Shown in pieces: positions 13,700 through 23,830 of a DNA stretch of 64,000 nucleotides. The stretch spans positions 110,734,001-110,798,000 of the forward strand of contig NC_045697.1 of the NCBI RefSeq assembly GCF_009834535.1, written 5' to 3'. The stretch is from Camelus ferus. Taxonomy: Eukaryota. The position numbers were made by a program, and so were the translations under genes. Below the pieces are notes generated by a model. The model was not told the DNA's origin, made no database searches, and was given only the letters and a program-made list of their open reading frames with translations. Numbering within the stretch: position 1 is the first letter of the stretch; each line of letters begins with the position of its first letter.

Positions 13700-15150
13700 G
13701 GAGACAGGCGAAAGGATTCCGGAGGCACGCGCGCATCGTGGCAAGAGTGGTTTGGGTCAGGACCAAAGAGCGAAGGATTGGGAAGTCAGCTAACTGGAGA
13801 AAAAGATAATTTGTTTTGGTTTTTGTTTTGTGAGTGTGTGTTTTGTTTTCTTTTGGTGACCCGTTGTTTTCCTTTTCCTATTCTAGCTTTTGCCCCAGTG
13901 GGAGCACACCATATGGGGCTGCTGGCTTTTGAACCTGCGCAATACGTAACTTGTAAACTGTCAACAGACACCTGTTCAGGAAATTGCTGATGGTGGGCAA
14001 CAAGGATCCGAAGTCGCTTTACCTTCTCATTGGAGCGCGACAACCGCCTAGTTAGAGTTTCACCAGCGCCCCGCACTCCCTGGCCGAGGGTTGGTCCTCC
14101 GCGGGCAATCGTGTGGGGCGCTTCTCCGTGGTTGTGCGCCGGTCCAGCTCCCCATCTTTGCTTTTGCAAACAAAAAAGCAGCAGCTCCTGGCTGGAGTTC
14201 TGGGGTTTCCCAGCCCCGCCAAATCGCGGGGCTTCTGCTTCCCAGGCCCGCCTCGTGCCAGCTCAAGGTGTCCTCAGGTCCGCAGCACTCGCACTGGGAA
14301 CAGCAGCCCCGTCGCTCGCAGCTGGGACTGTCTGCCTGGCGGCCTTCACCCTCGCCCTGGCCTCTCTTGGGCTGATGTGCTAGCTCGGCCCGAGCCTGGG
14401 GTGGGGTGGGGGGGGCAGGCTGTCCTCGCAGGCTCGTTGGACCATCTCTCGCGGAACTGAGGAGCCGAGAGCAAAGGGAGGGGTTGGTGGAGGGGAGAGG
14501 AGGTAAGAGTGCTGGGAACGCCCAGAGTATCAAACTTGGAGGTGGCCAGTGGACATCAGGGGGAGAAGCAATAGCAGGTGACCGTGCGGACCCGCGAGGC
14601 GGCGCTGGGCGGGGTCCCGCTGCCCGCGTTCCAGGCTCTCCGGGCGGAGACCTGGACGCTGTCCCCCGCGCCCTCGCACGGAAACTTCCCCGCCCGCTCT
14701 CTGCTGCGGGGCCCTTGCCCCCCACTCCCTGCACCTGTTCTTTGTTTGTTTATTTGTTTTCCTTTTCGAGGGAGGTTCGCCTCCACTCCTCCGGAGCCTC
14801 CCATCTCTCCCCGCTCCCACCCCCGGGCGCGCCGCGCGGGGCGGTGCGGTGTCCGCGCGCTTGGCGGCGGAGGTGGGCGGCGGATCCCAGCGGCACCAGC
14901 CTCCCCGCCGTTCCGACCGCCGGGAGGACGCCGCGCTCTCCTGCTCTCCCGCGCGCGCTGGCTGCCCTGCACCCGCTGCCGAGCCGAAGGCACTAGGTCG
15001 GCCTGTGGGGACCTTCCAGTGCCCTCTCCGAGCCGGCGGCTAGGTAATCATCAGAGTGACCCGCGCGCGGCACACATCTGGCTTCCACGTCTCAGCAGAA
15101 ACGCGAGGGCCGGGTCAGTAAGTGTAATTCACCTTCTGGGGACCAGGCAA
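13700..15150 (+). promoter_or_regulatory. NPY2R: CpG island: NPY2R promoter and first exon region
   Basis: Abrupt GC- and CpG-rich stretch in otherwise AT-rich DNA, with GC boxes (gggcgg), ~4.5 kb upstream of the NPY2R coding exon. Fits the known two-exon structure of NPY2R. Boundaries approximate. Confidence 0.9.
14650..15117 (+). other. NPY2R: NPY2R non-coding exon 1 (5' UTR); start approximate, donor at 15117/15118
   Basis: Ends ...aaacgcgagggccgggtca|GTAAGT, a consensus donor. It resembles the end of human NPY2R exon 1 as I recall it. No ATG seen in this interval. The TSS cannot be determined from sequence. Confidence 0.7.
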
Positions 15151-16814
15151 AGCCCCAAAGAAGCTTTCGGGTCCCTTGAAGAGGGGATGGGGGAGGTCCT
15201 CGTGAGGGGTTTTTTTTTTTTTTTTTTTTTCTCATTTATGTCGAAGATGGGCACTGGGGGGTGATACCATCCTTACTTTCTACTTTCGCTAGAATTTTCC
15301 TTACCGACTGAAGATTCTTGATATTTCCTTGAAACTTCTTACAGAGAGGTTAGTATCTTAACAGAACAACAGGTTATTACTGTTGCTGACTCTTCCTTAC
15401 AAGTCAAACACCTGTTCAGGCTCAGGCAGTAGGTCATACTGGATTCTCCAAAGCTGTTCAACAGCGGACCCATTTGTTTAAGCGTTCTCTGGTTCACCAG
15501 AAGGGCTCACCCTCTGGTAGAGCATGTGGTGGACAAAAAAAAAAAAAAAGAGAGGCGAAAGGAAAAGCTGTAAGGCTTTTGATATTAGGGATACATCATT
15601 TAAACTGAATGATGTGAAATGCGCGGTACTGTTTTGAAAGGTCAGAGGCTCAAATATCCAGGAGAAACATTCTCAGTCCCCTTGGTGAATATTTTCAACT
15701 TTATGCTTGTCAGGCAGTCATGTCTTGCATGGAGCATTCTTGGATGGCCACACCCCCTTCCTTGAGGATAAACACGTTTAGGGCATATGGCATACTTTCT
15801 GGGATTTTTTTTCCCCTGAGAAAAATTCCTGGAAGATTCTGTGATTGATAAGATGTTCAATTTTACTAAGGCCAACCTGTGACAATAAGAATACTGTTGC
15901 AAAAAGCCCCACAAATTTAAATATGGAGTCAAAGCATAAACTGGTTTCCCACTCAATCTGAAGTTCTTTGAATCTCTGGGAAAACAAAACAAAGCAAAAC
16001 AAAAGCAAAACCCTGAAGCCATTTTCTTACTCTACAAAGAAATAGTTCTATAGCAGAATCTCTAAAGATTTACTTGTTCAAGAAAACTGTACCATTTACA
16101 GTTCTCCTTAAATGTCTTGAACAATGTGAATGCCTCATTTTCACCACATTTCAAAGAAAGGAGTTTTCCCTCTTTCTACTTCTCTTTTAATTTTTGTGCT
16201 TTTGAGTTCCTAATCTGGGGACTCCCTCTATGTACTCTCTTTTCTTCTTCCATTTTTCCAGAAGTGCAGTCATAAAATGATACATTCTCTGGGTAATGCT
16301 CTGAAACTGGCTGAAAGCCAGTCCTTGCTTGAGAGTAGCTATTAGAACTCACATGCTAATAGCCTGTAGATCCATAATCGTTCCTGTAGAGAAGTTTCAA
16401 AGAAAGGAATAAAGAAAATAGAATTGAAAAGAAAAAGTAAAATAAGTTAATAAGTCAAATACACTCCTCATAACCTTCTCCCTCAGGCTTACTCTCAATT
16501 TAGTTTGGTGCAAACCTCAAACTCAGACCTCCTGGAGTCTTGTTGGTTCTGTTAATGACTTGTCGGATTGACTAACGGTGCTCTGTAAAGTCTCTTTCTC
16601 AGTCTAAGGGAAATGGAAGGGTCCTCCAAGATTTGAATGGTTAGTGTCCATTTTCTGTAATCACTAAAGAATGGAGGCAAAGGCAAAAGAGGGCCTGGAC
16701 TCCTTGGAACATTCTGTTTGAAATTTACGCAGAAAGAACTAGAATTGATTAGTAAGGCAAATGCATGAGGTCACGGAGTACATGGGAATCTCCATCTCGT
16801 AAGAAGCAACTATT

Positions 16815-16817
<3 letters not shown>

Positions 16818-16848
<31 letters not shown>
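16818..16848. repeat. (GT)n microsatellite in the NPY2R intron
   Basis: About 15 perfect GT units. Confidence 0.97.
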
Positions 16849-16849
<1 letters not shown>

Positions 16850-18519
16850 TAAGCCTTTGAGATAGAAAGTTTCCTTATGGTGTATACTGACCAATAATTT
16901 TTAGTGTTCTAATCAGGGACTGACTTGAGAGGGATCTTGAAACAACTCTTCTTGCAGAAATGGTTACGTGATTAAGAACAAGAAAGCAAGCTCAGGGATG
17001 TCCTATCAGAGCAAGGATCCTATATAGGCAATTATCTTCAGGAAAGGAAAGGATCAAAATTGTCACTTTGTACTTTGCTGAGCTCAATTATTCAGAAAAA
17101 TTGTGCTTTCCTTTAGCTTCATATTTGCTAAGATTTAAACAATGGATGGAAACGATCCAGTCTCTGTCCTGAAAGAGATTGCTGTGGGGAGGGGGTTGAA
17201 GGAAAACAGTCGTGATGTGGTAGGTGCTACTTGCTGCATTAGAAGTGAGCACAGGTTGTTGGGATAACCGACAGGCTTCTCAGTTCAGAACAGGGAAGGC
17301 AGAGAAGCGTGAGAAAGGCCAACGTGTTGCTGGAATCGGGAGTAGTTCCGTATGACAGAATCACAGGATATATGCTGAGATGTCAGGAGAGATGAAGCCA
17401 GAGGGGATGAGCTCAGCAAAGGGTTTGAATATCATACAGTGGAGGTGGGCTTTTCTTCTGAATGTCAGTGTTACCAACTTGTGGGTGTAGTACCTTCAGT
17501 GGGAGAGCAAATTAATGAAAGCATATATGTATGGGATCAGCACATCATGCAAAACAGAAACCATTCAAGAAGGGAAAAGAGAATGAATTGAATGCAGAAA
17601 CCTGGTTATACAAGTGATGGTAACCAAGCAGGGGATGTTGAGGCCACCCGGGGATTAACAAAAGCAACAAGTCTTTACTACCTCCAGCTACAGGGACATA
17701 GAGAAAGTGATGTGACAGGGACCAGGGACCTCCTCTGGAAACAAAATCGTGACAGATCTGTGGGAACCTGCCATAGATGGGCAGCTAAGGCATGCCTGGA
17801 GAGAGATGGAGGGAGAAGAGTACAGTGGCTTCTGGCTTCTCCCTCCCTCCTGCATTCTAATTACCTGCCAATGCCTCCCACTGGCCAAACCCAGCCAGCA
17901 TCCCAATGATTTGGGAGCCTAAACATGTGGTCTGTAAGAATCTGCCCACTAAGAGCAGGGGGAGGAATGGAGTTGGGCACACAAGCCCAGCCAGACGTTG
18001 TCTGTGGGCTGAATACAAATAACTCACCTACCAATGTAGGTAGATGTGATTCTGATTCATGAAAAACCAGTTCATTTGAAAGAGGTTCTGAATTAATGAT
18101 GGAAGCTTTTGTCATTATGAGTATATTCAAAAAGTACTGCCATGATGATGTTAGGCTCCAGATATTTTTATAGACTTGAAAAGGGAACTTTATATCAGAA
18201 ACTGATATGTTATATTGTTTTAAGCAACTTTCAGACATTGAGGGAAATGATGTGATCACATTTGAATTTCAGAAAGACTATTTTAATGTCAGAGTAGGCG
18301 CTGTCCAGTGAATGTAAGAGCCTTGGAGTAAGGGCACTATCCTGTTGCCTGTTCCTCCAGCATGAGTCCCAGCTGCTGACGTAAGTTTCTAATACTTGCC
18401 GAATGCATGTTTGAATAAGTATAAGTATATCATGAAGGTGAAGCCACCCTGGGCATTTAGTAGATGCTCAATTGTATTGAATGAATGATCGTTAAGAGAA
18501 TGAATGAACAAATGAAAGG

Positions 18520-18594
18520 TGGAAAGAAAGAAGGAAAAGAAGGAAGGAAGGAAGGAAGGAAGGAAGGAAGGAAGGAAAGAAAGAAAGAAAGAAA

Positions 18595-18633
<39 letters not shown>

Positions 18634-18645
18634 CAAGCAAGCAAG
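18520..18645. repeat. Compound (GAAG)n/(GAAA)n/(GCAA)n microsatellite
   Basis: Directly visible purine-rich tetranucleotide array in the NPY2R intron. Confidence 0.97.
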
Positions 18646-19643
18646 TGGGAGAAGAAGGTTAGATGACTATTAGAGTAATTATGGTAAAAAATCAAGGCAG
18701 CCAGAATAAATGTGATAGAAATAAAAGGACCATTGGGAGAAATATGCAAGAGACCAGCCTGAGGGTTCTCTTAAATGTGAGAACTAAAGGAGATGAAAAT
18801 GCCTAGCATGGTTACCTGCTTCTTAGCTTTATGTGGCTTAATTAAGGGGGGATAGTGTTGACTGAATGGGGCACACAGAAGGGACATTCTGAGGGTGAGG
18901 GGAGCGATTGGGGAAGAAATGTGTTAAAACTTTTGTACTTAGGGGTTAGAGAGAGACGGAATTCAGATTGGACATATTTTCCTGTGGTTCCTGTGTAGAA
19001 TTCTGCTGTGTCAGGTAGGAAGTTTATTTCAGATCCCCAAAAAAAGAAGCTATTTTTACACAGGCTATCTATTTCTAACACTAACCCATCCACTAGGAAA
19101 AATGGCTACGAAACCGAATCTGCTCAGTTTATCTTAAATTTTTCTACTAAAGTCCAGGCACCAAGCAAAGGGTTTTAATATGTCTCTTTTTCATGCAATT
19201 TGTTGCTATATTTATGAATTTAAAACAGTCAAAATATTGAAGATAATTTTCTTTATCAACCTTAAAATTAATTTGATGAATTTATAGCAGTTATAAAATT
19301 AATTTAATTAAGTTTCTAATATCCATCTCGCTTAAAATGCATTGAATCATTTGGTAGCACTCACATCGAAATTATGTCTATACTATAGGTCTAAGATTTT
19401 GTCTTCATAATATATATTTCAAAGACCTGATTTAATCTATGCACATTCGTGAACAGACTTATTAAGGTGTCCGCTTTATTGAAATGTTCCACTATGTGCA
19501 GTTGTAGGGATCAGAGGACAGGTACTTTGAGCCCCAACCAAAATGAAACCAACCCATTTGTAATAATCCTTTCACCCTTGTGTTTTCCTTGTTCCACATT
19601 TGTTCATTTTTTAAATTGTAGATTCTTGTGCTAGTTGCTGAAA

Positions 19644-20792
19644 ATGGGCCCATTAGGTGCAGAGGCTGATGAGAACCAGACGGTGGAAGAAACGAAGGTG
19701 GAGCAGTCTGGTCCAGGGCACACCACTCCTAGAGGTGAGCTGGCCCCCGACTCTGAGCCCGAGCTCATAGACAGCACCAAGCTGATCGAGGTACAGATCG
19801 TACTTATATTGGCCTATTGCTCCATCATCTTGCTTGGGGTGATTGGCAATTCCTTGGTGATCCACGTGGTGATCAAATTTAAGAGCATGCGCACAGTAAC
19901 CAACTTTTTTATCGCCAACCTGGCTGTGGCCGATCTTCTGGTGAATACCCTCTGCCTGCCATTTACGCTTACCTACACCTTAATGGGGGAGTGGAAAATG
20001 GGTCCTGTCCTATGCCACTTGGTGCCCTATGCCCAGGGCCTGGCGGTACAAGTGTCCACCATCACCTTGACGGTAATTGCCCTGGACAGGCATCGTTGCA
20101 TCGTCTACCACCTGGAGAGCAAGATCTCCAAGCGAATCAGCTTCTTGATTATTGGCCTGGCTTGGGGTGTCAGTGCCTTGCTAGCAAGCCCCCTGGCCAT
20201 CTTCCGGGAGTACTCACTGATTGAGATCATTCCTGACTTTGAGATTGTGGCCTGCACGGAGAAGTGGCCTGGTGAGGACAAGAGCGTCTATGGCACTGTC
20301 TACAGTCTCTCCTCCTTATTGATTCTGTATGTCCTACCTCTGGGCATCATCTCTTTCTCCTACACTCGTATCTGGAGTAAACTTAGGAACCATGTCAGCC
20401 CTGGAGCTGCCAACGACCACTATCATCAGCGGAGGCAAAAAACCACCAAAATGCTGGTGTGTGTGGTGGTGGTGTTTGCGGTCAGCTGGTTGCCTCTCCA
20501 TGCTTTCCAACTTGCTGTGGACATTGACAACCAAGTCCTGGACCTGAAGGAGTACAAACTTATCTTCACCGTGTTCCACATCATCGCCATGTGCTCCACC
20601 TTTGCCAACCCTCTTCTCTATGGCTGGATGAACAGCAACTACAGAAAGGCTTTCCTCTCAGCCTTCCGCTGTGAGCAAAGGATGGACGCCATTCACTCTG
20701 AGGTGTCCGTGACATTCAAGGCTAAAAAGAACCTGGAAGTCACAAAGAACAATGGCCCCAGTGACTCTTTCACAGAGGCTACCAACGTTTAA
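19644..20792 (+). CDS. NPY2R: Neuropeptide Y receptor type 2 (class A GPCR), 382 aa, intronless CDS
   Basis: The ORF-track entry 19635..20792 begins at TTG; the first ATG is at 19644 (aaaATGG) giving MGPLGAEADENQTVEE... Seven hydrophobic segments, GN in TM1, NLAVAD in TM2, Y2-type DRH at the end of TM3, SWLP in TM6, NPLLY in TM7, N-glycosylation site NQT, C-terminus ...SFTEATNV as in known Y2 receptors. Confidence 0.99.
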   Translation: MGPLGAEADENQTVEETKVEQSGPGHTTPRGELAPDSEPELIDSTKLIEVQIVLILAYCSIILLGVIGNSLVIHVVIKFKSMRTVTNFFIANLAVADLLVNTLCLPFTLTYTLMGEWKMGPVLCHLVPYAQGLAVQVSTITLTVIALDRHRCIVYHLESKISKRISFLIIGLAWGVSALLASPLAIFREYSLIEIIPDFEIVACTEKWPGEDKSVYGTVYSLSSLLILYVLPLGIISFSYTRIWSKLRNHVSPGAANDHYHQRRQKTTKMLVCVVVVFAVSWLPLHAFQLAVDIDNQVLDLKEYKLIFTVFHIIAMCSTFANPLLYGWMNSNYRKAFLSAFRCEQRMDAIHSEVSVTFKAKKNLEVTKNNGPSDSFTEATNV

Positions 20793-22720
20793 GGGCAACT
20801 GCCGTGTGAAAATAGATGGATGAATTCTGACCAGAGCTGTCAATCTGGTTGAGGAGGGCATTCAGGTGCCTCCTGATTTCCCATTTTAAGGAAGAAAAAG
20901 AGCATCTGAATGGAAGCATCTGCAGTGTAACTCGTGGAAAACTGGTTGGCAGAGTGTAGGTAAAAACACTCAGATTCAATGAGGCAGCAAAAGTTTGCTT
21001 ACAGTTGCTTGGATGGTAGGTTGAATTATGAGTAAAAGCAGAGAGAAATGCTTTTAACTGTTTCCCAGAGTGAAGGAAACAGGAACATGGAGTTGGTGGT
21101 GTCAGTATTGCTAAAAGATGGTGGGTAAATAAGTTGACTTCCAGATCACATGAGGGCAGAGATTGGGGATGACGTGTAATTCGCTGCTCCCCCCTCATCT
21201 GATGAAAAGGCTACCAATACCAACTTCCCTAGAATGCCACAGACGTTTCTCTATTATATTTTGGCTTTTTGTTATTCTTCCTATGTATGCTGCAGGTAAA
21301 TGTTACCAACTATTTGAATGACTTCAAGGAAATAAACTGAAATTTGCTATGTAATTAGTATTTTGGCAAATGATGGGGGAAGTTTTTACCACCCAATTAA
21401 CCAATTGTTTTTGTAAAAACAAATGCACATTTAATGAAAAGTTTCTTCAACTTAGAATTGAAGGCTGAAGTTCTCAGAGAAATGCAAACCATTATTTAAC
21501 TTCTCATTTCAAGTTGTCCCTGCTTCATACAGTTACTATTTACAGAATAAAGAAGCATGCAACTCAATACTTTAACTCATTGCTTAAGTGTTACAACTTT
21601 TTGAACACATATTTTTCCTCTGCTGGAGCTGAGTTTGTCCTCACTAAAAATTAAATCAGATTAGAAAATAGTTTCATGGCATTTTGTAACATTTTGGTGT
21701 GATTTGTAAGCAGTTTTGCGCAGGTACATAGCTCTAATGTGTTTACTGCAGTGTTATTTTTTCTGAAATTCATCTTCCATGGACACATTCATGATTCATA
21801 AAACAATAGAACATCAGAATGGCACCCATCTGGTAAGAACTGTTAAAAACATTACATTTGTTCCACTTTGAAAATGTTCTGCTTGGACCAATTTCAACAA
21901 AAATTATCTGCTTCTCAAAATAATTAGCTGTATTTTTGGATAACTTATGAATACATACATAATATAATTTTACCTATAAAGGGTGGAACATAGATGCTAT
22001 AGTACCTTTTTTTTTTCAATGATTTCATAAATACATTTTTATTTCAATAGTATCCAACCAAAGATGCTTAAAACTCTATTATGTTCATGAAAAATAATTG
22101 AGATGTTAAAATAGCTGTTAAAATAGTTGGAGGCTATTAAAGAAGTTTCATTATAATCATATTTTTATAAGTATACCTGAACTTGTGAATAGATTCTTTA
22201 AATTTTAAGTCAATTCAGCATGACTATCGCATTTAGTTACAAACATTAACTTTATGAACAGGAGAGATTTATTTTATGGCTACATATAAAATTTATATTA
22301 CAGCTTTTATGGAATTATTTCCATGCTAGAAATAAAAGACTGATCTTGAACTGCACTGCACTTTTAGGAAACTGAAAAAGAATGGAAACAGTGGAAGTTA
22401 GATTGGGTATAAGACTGAATAAGAAGTTAATAATGTATATCTGTAATATATAACTGAAGAATTCATTTTTCTCTTGGACCTGATGTAACTGTCTAAGAAG
22501 AAGCTTTTTGTCTTTTAAATAGCAGTTACTTTGCTTGAGATGCTAATAGATAATTGTGGTTAAAGGTTTTTTTCCCTCTTGGAGAATTCTTAAACTGTAG
22601 GAAATGTGCATGCTACTGTACCACCTGTGGTCATAGTAAATTATTAGAATCCAATTAATATATGTGATCTAATTAATTCTGTTAACTCATCAATAAAATG
22701 TCATTTATGTAGTGATTTGA
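20793..22720 (+). other. NPY2R: NPY2R 3' UTR with several AATAAA signals
   Basis: AT-rich sequence with no repeats I could recognise after the stop. AATAAA at 21331, 21546, 22331, 22692 and 22729. The 22692 signal is followed by GT-rich sequence, and repeats resume after ~22900. Confidence 0.6.
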
Positions 22721-22899
22721 TGTGTTGAAATAAAAAGAATTGGGGAAGTTAGAGAAATGTGCACTATTTTATGTCAGAATGCCTGTCCAAGATGCGATCG
22801 TCAGCCTTTGACACAACTAAAGAAGGGGAAATAACGGTGGCTCCCGGACAGTTAGTCTAGCGCACGCTCCATGGGGTCTGTAAGGAACCTGAGTCATGG

Positions 22900-23830
22900 A
22901 CTCACTTCTGTGGCTACAATTATAATCCATATTCTGACAGTGCCTGAATCTCTATGTTCAGCTCAGACTTTTCTTTTGAACATCAGACCTGAATCTCTGT
23001 CAGCCCTCTTGACATGCCCACGTGGTGTCTCACCAGCAGAGCAAACCCAGCATGCCTAGGTCACAACTTGCCATTGTGATCCACACCCCGCCCCACCTCC
23101 ACTTTGTTTTCCTGTCCCAATCATGACACTGCTATCTACCCAGTTCGCAAAAGCCACGCTTTGAAGTCACTCTTGACTCTTCTGTCTCTTTATCAACAAG
23201 TCCAATCAATTCTCACATTTTGTTCTAATTCCTAGATGTTTCTTGAATCAACTCACTTTTCCCCATCCCTGTGTCCCCCACCATAGTTCAGGCTGTGATT
23301 ATTTCCCGGGACCCCTGTATCTCTCATCTGGTTTAATGTAGCAACTTCCTAATAGTTCTTTCTGTGTCTCATCGTTTTCCTATCCAATCCAACATTTACC
23401 CACTAGTCCGAGTGATTTTTCAAAAACTCAGATTTTATTGGGGGAAGGGTATAGCTCAAATGGTAGAGGCATGCTCAGCACCCAAGAGGTCCTGGGATCA
23501 ATCCCCAGTACCTCCTTCAAGTGGAAATCAGTGAAGAAATCTAATTACCTCCCCCTCAGAATACAAAAACTCAGATTTTATCAAATCACTTCTCTGATGA
23601 AAACTCTTCAGTGTCCCCTCATCATTCTTATGTCAAAATCTTTTCATGATTTGGAAGGCTGTTTAGTACCTGGCTGTATCTGTATGTTTTGCCCCTTGAA
23701 GATTCTCTCTTTTCCCAATCTTTGCTGCATATGAAGCACATGAAAGCAGGGAATGGGGACTGTTTAAATCATTGTGGTATCACAGGTACGTTCAGTTCCT
23801 GGCACTAAGTTACTGCTCAGTCAATATCCA
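22900..23830 (+). mobile_element. LINE-2 relic interrupted by a SINE
   Basis: L2-like motifs (ccagacctgaatctc, gtcactcttgactcttctgtctct, cctggcac...tgctcagtcaata); degenerate. Confidence 0.5.
23439..23563 (+). mobile_element. tRNA-derived SINE (camelid Vic-1-like)
   Basis: ggggaagggtatagctcaaatggtagag...gggatcaatccccagtacctcc; perfect 18-bp flanking repeat caaaaactcagattttat at 23421-23438 and 23564-23581. Confidence 0.9.

Larger units (their letters stand above)
15118..19621 (+). other. NPY2R: NPY2R 5' UTR intron (~4.5 kb)
   Basis: GTAAGT at 15118; pyrimidine-rich tract at ~19568-19612; candidate acceptor AGs at 19620-19621 and 19633-19634, just before the ATG at 19644. Confidence 0.65.

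Noticed and set aside
14117..14140. REST/NRSE site in the NPY2R promoter
   Set aside because: Only the central TCCGTGGT matches; both flanks deviate too much from the consensus.
13436..15264. Many overlapping long ORFs on both strands (up to 228 aa)
   Set aside because: Pro/Arg/Gly/Ala-rich with no recognisable domain; expected from stop-codon scarcity in a CpG island.
18389..18749. ORFs rich in RKE or FLS repeats
   Set aside because: Translations of the tetranucleotide microsatellite.
19635..19643. N-terminal extension MLK of NPY2R
   Set aside because: The ORF track used a TTG start; the conserved start is the ATG at 19644.
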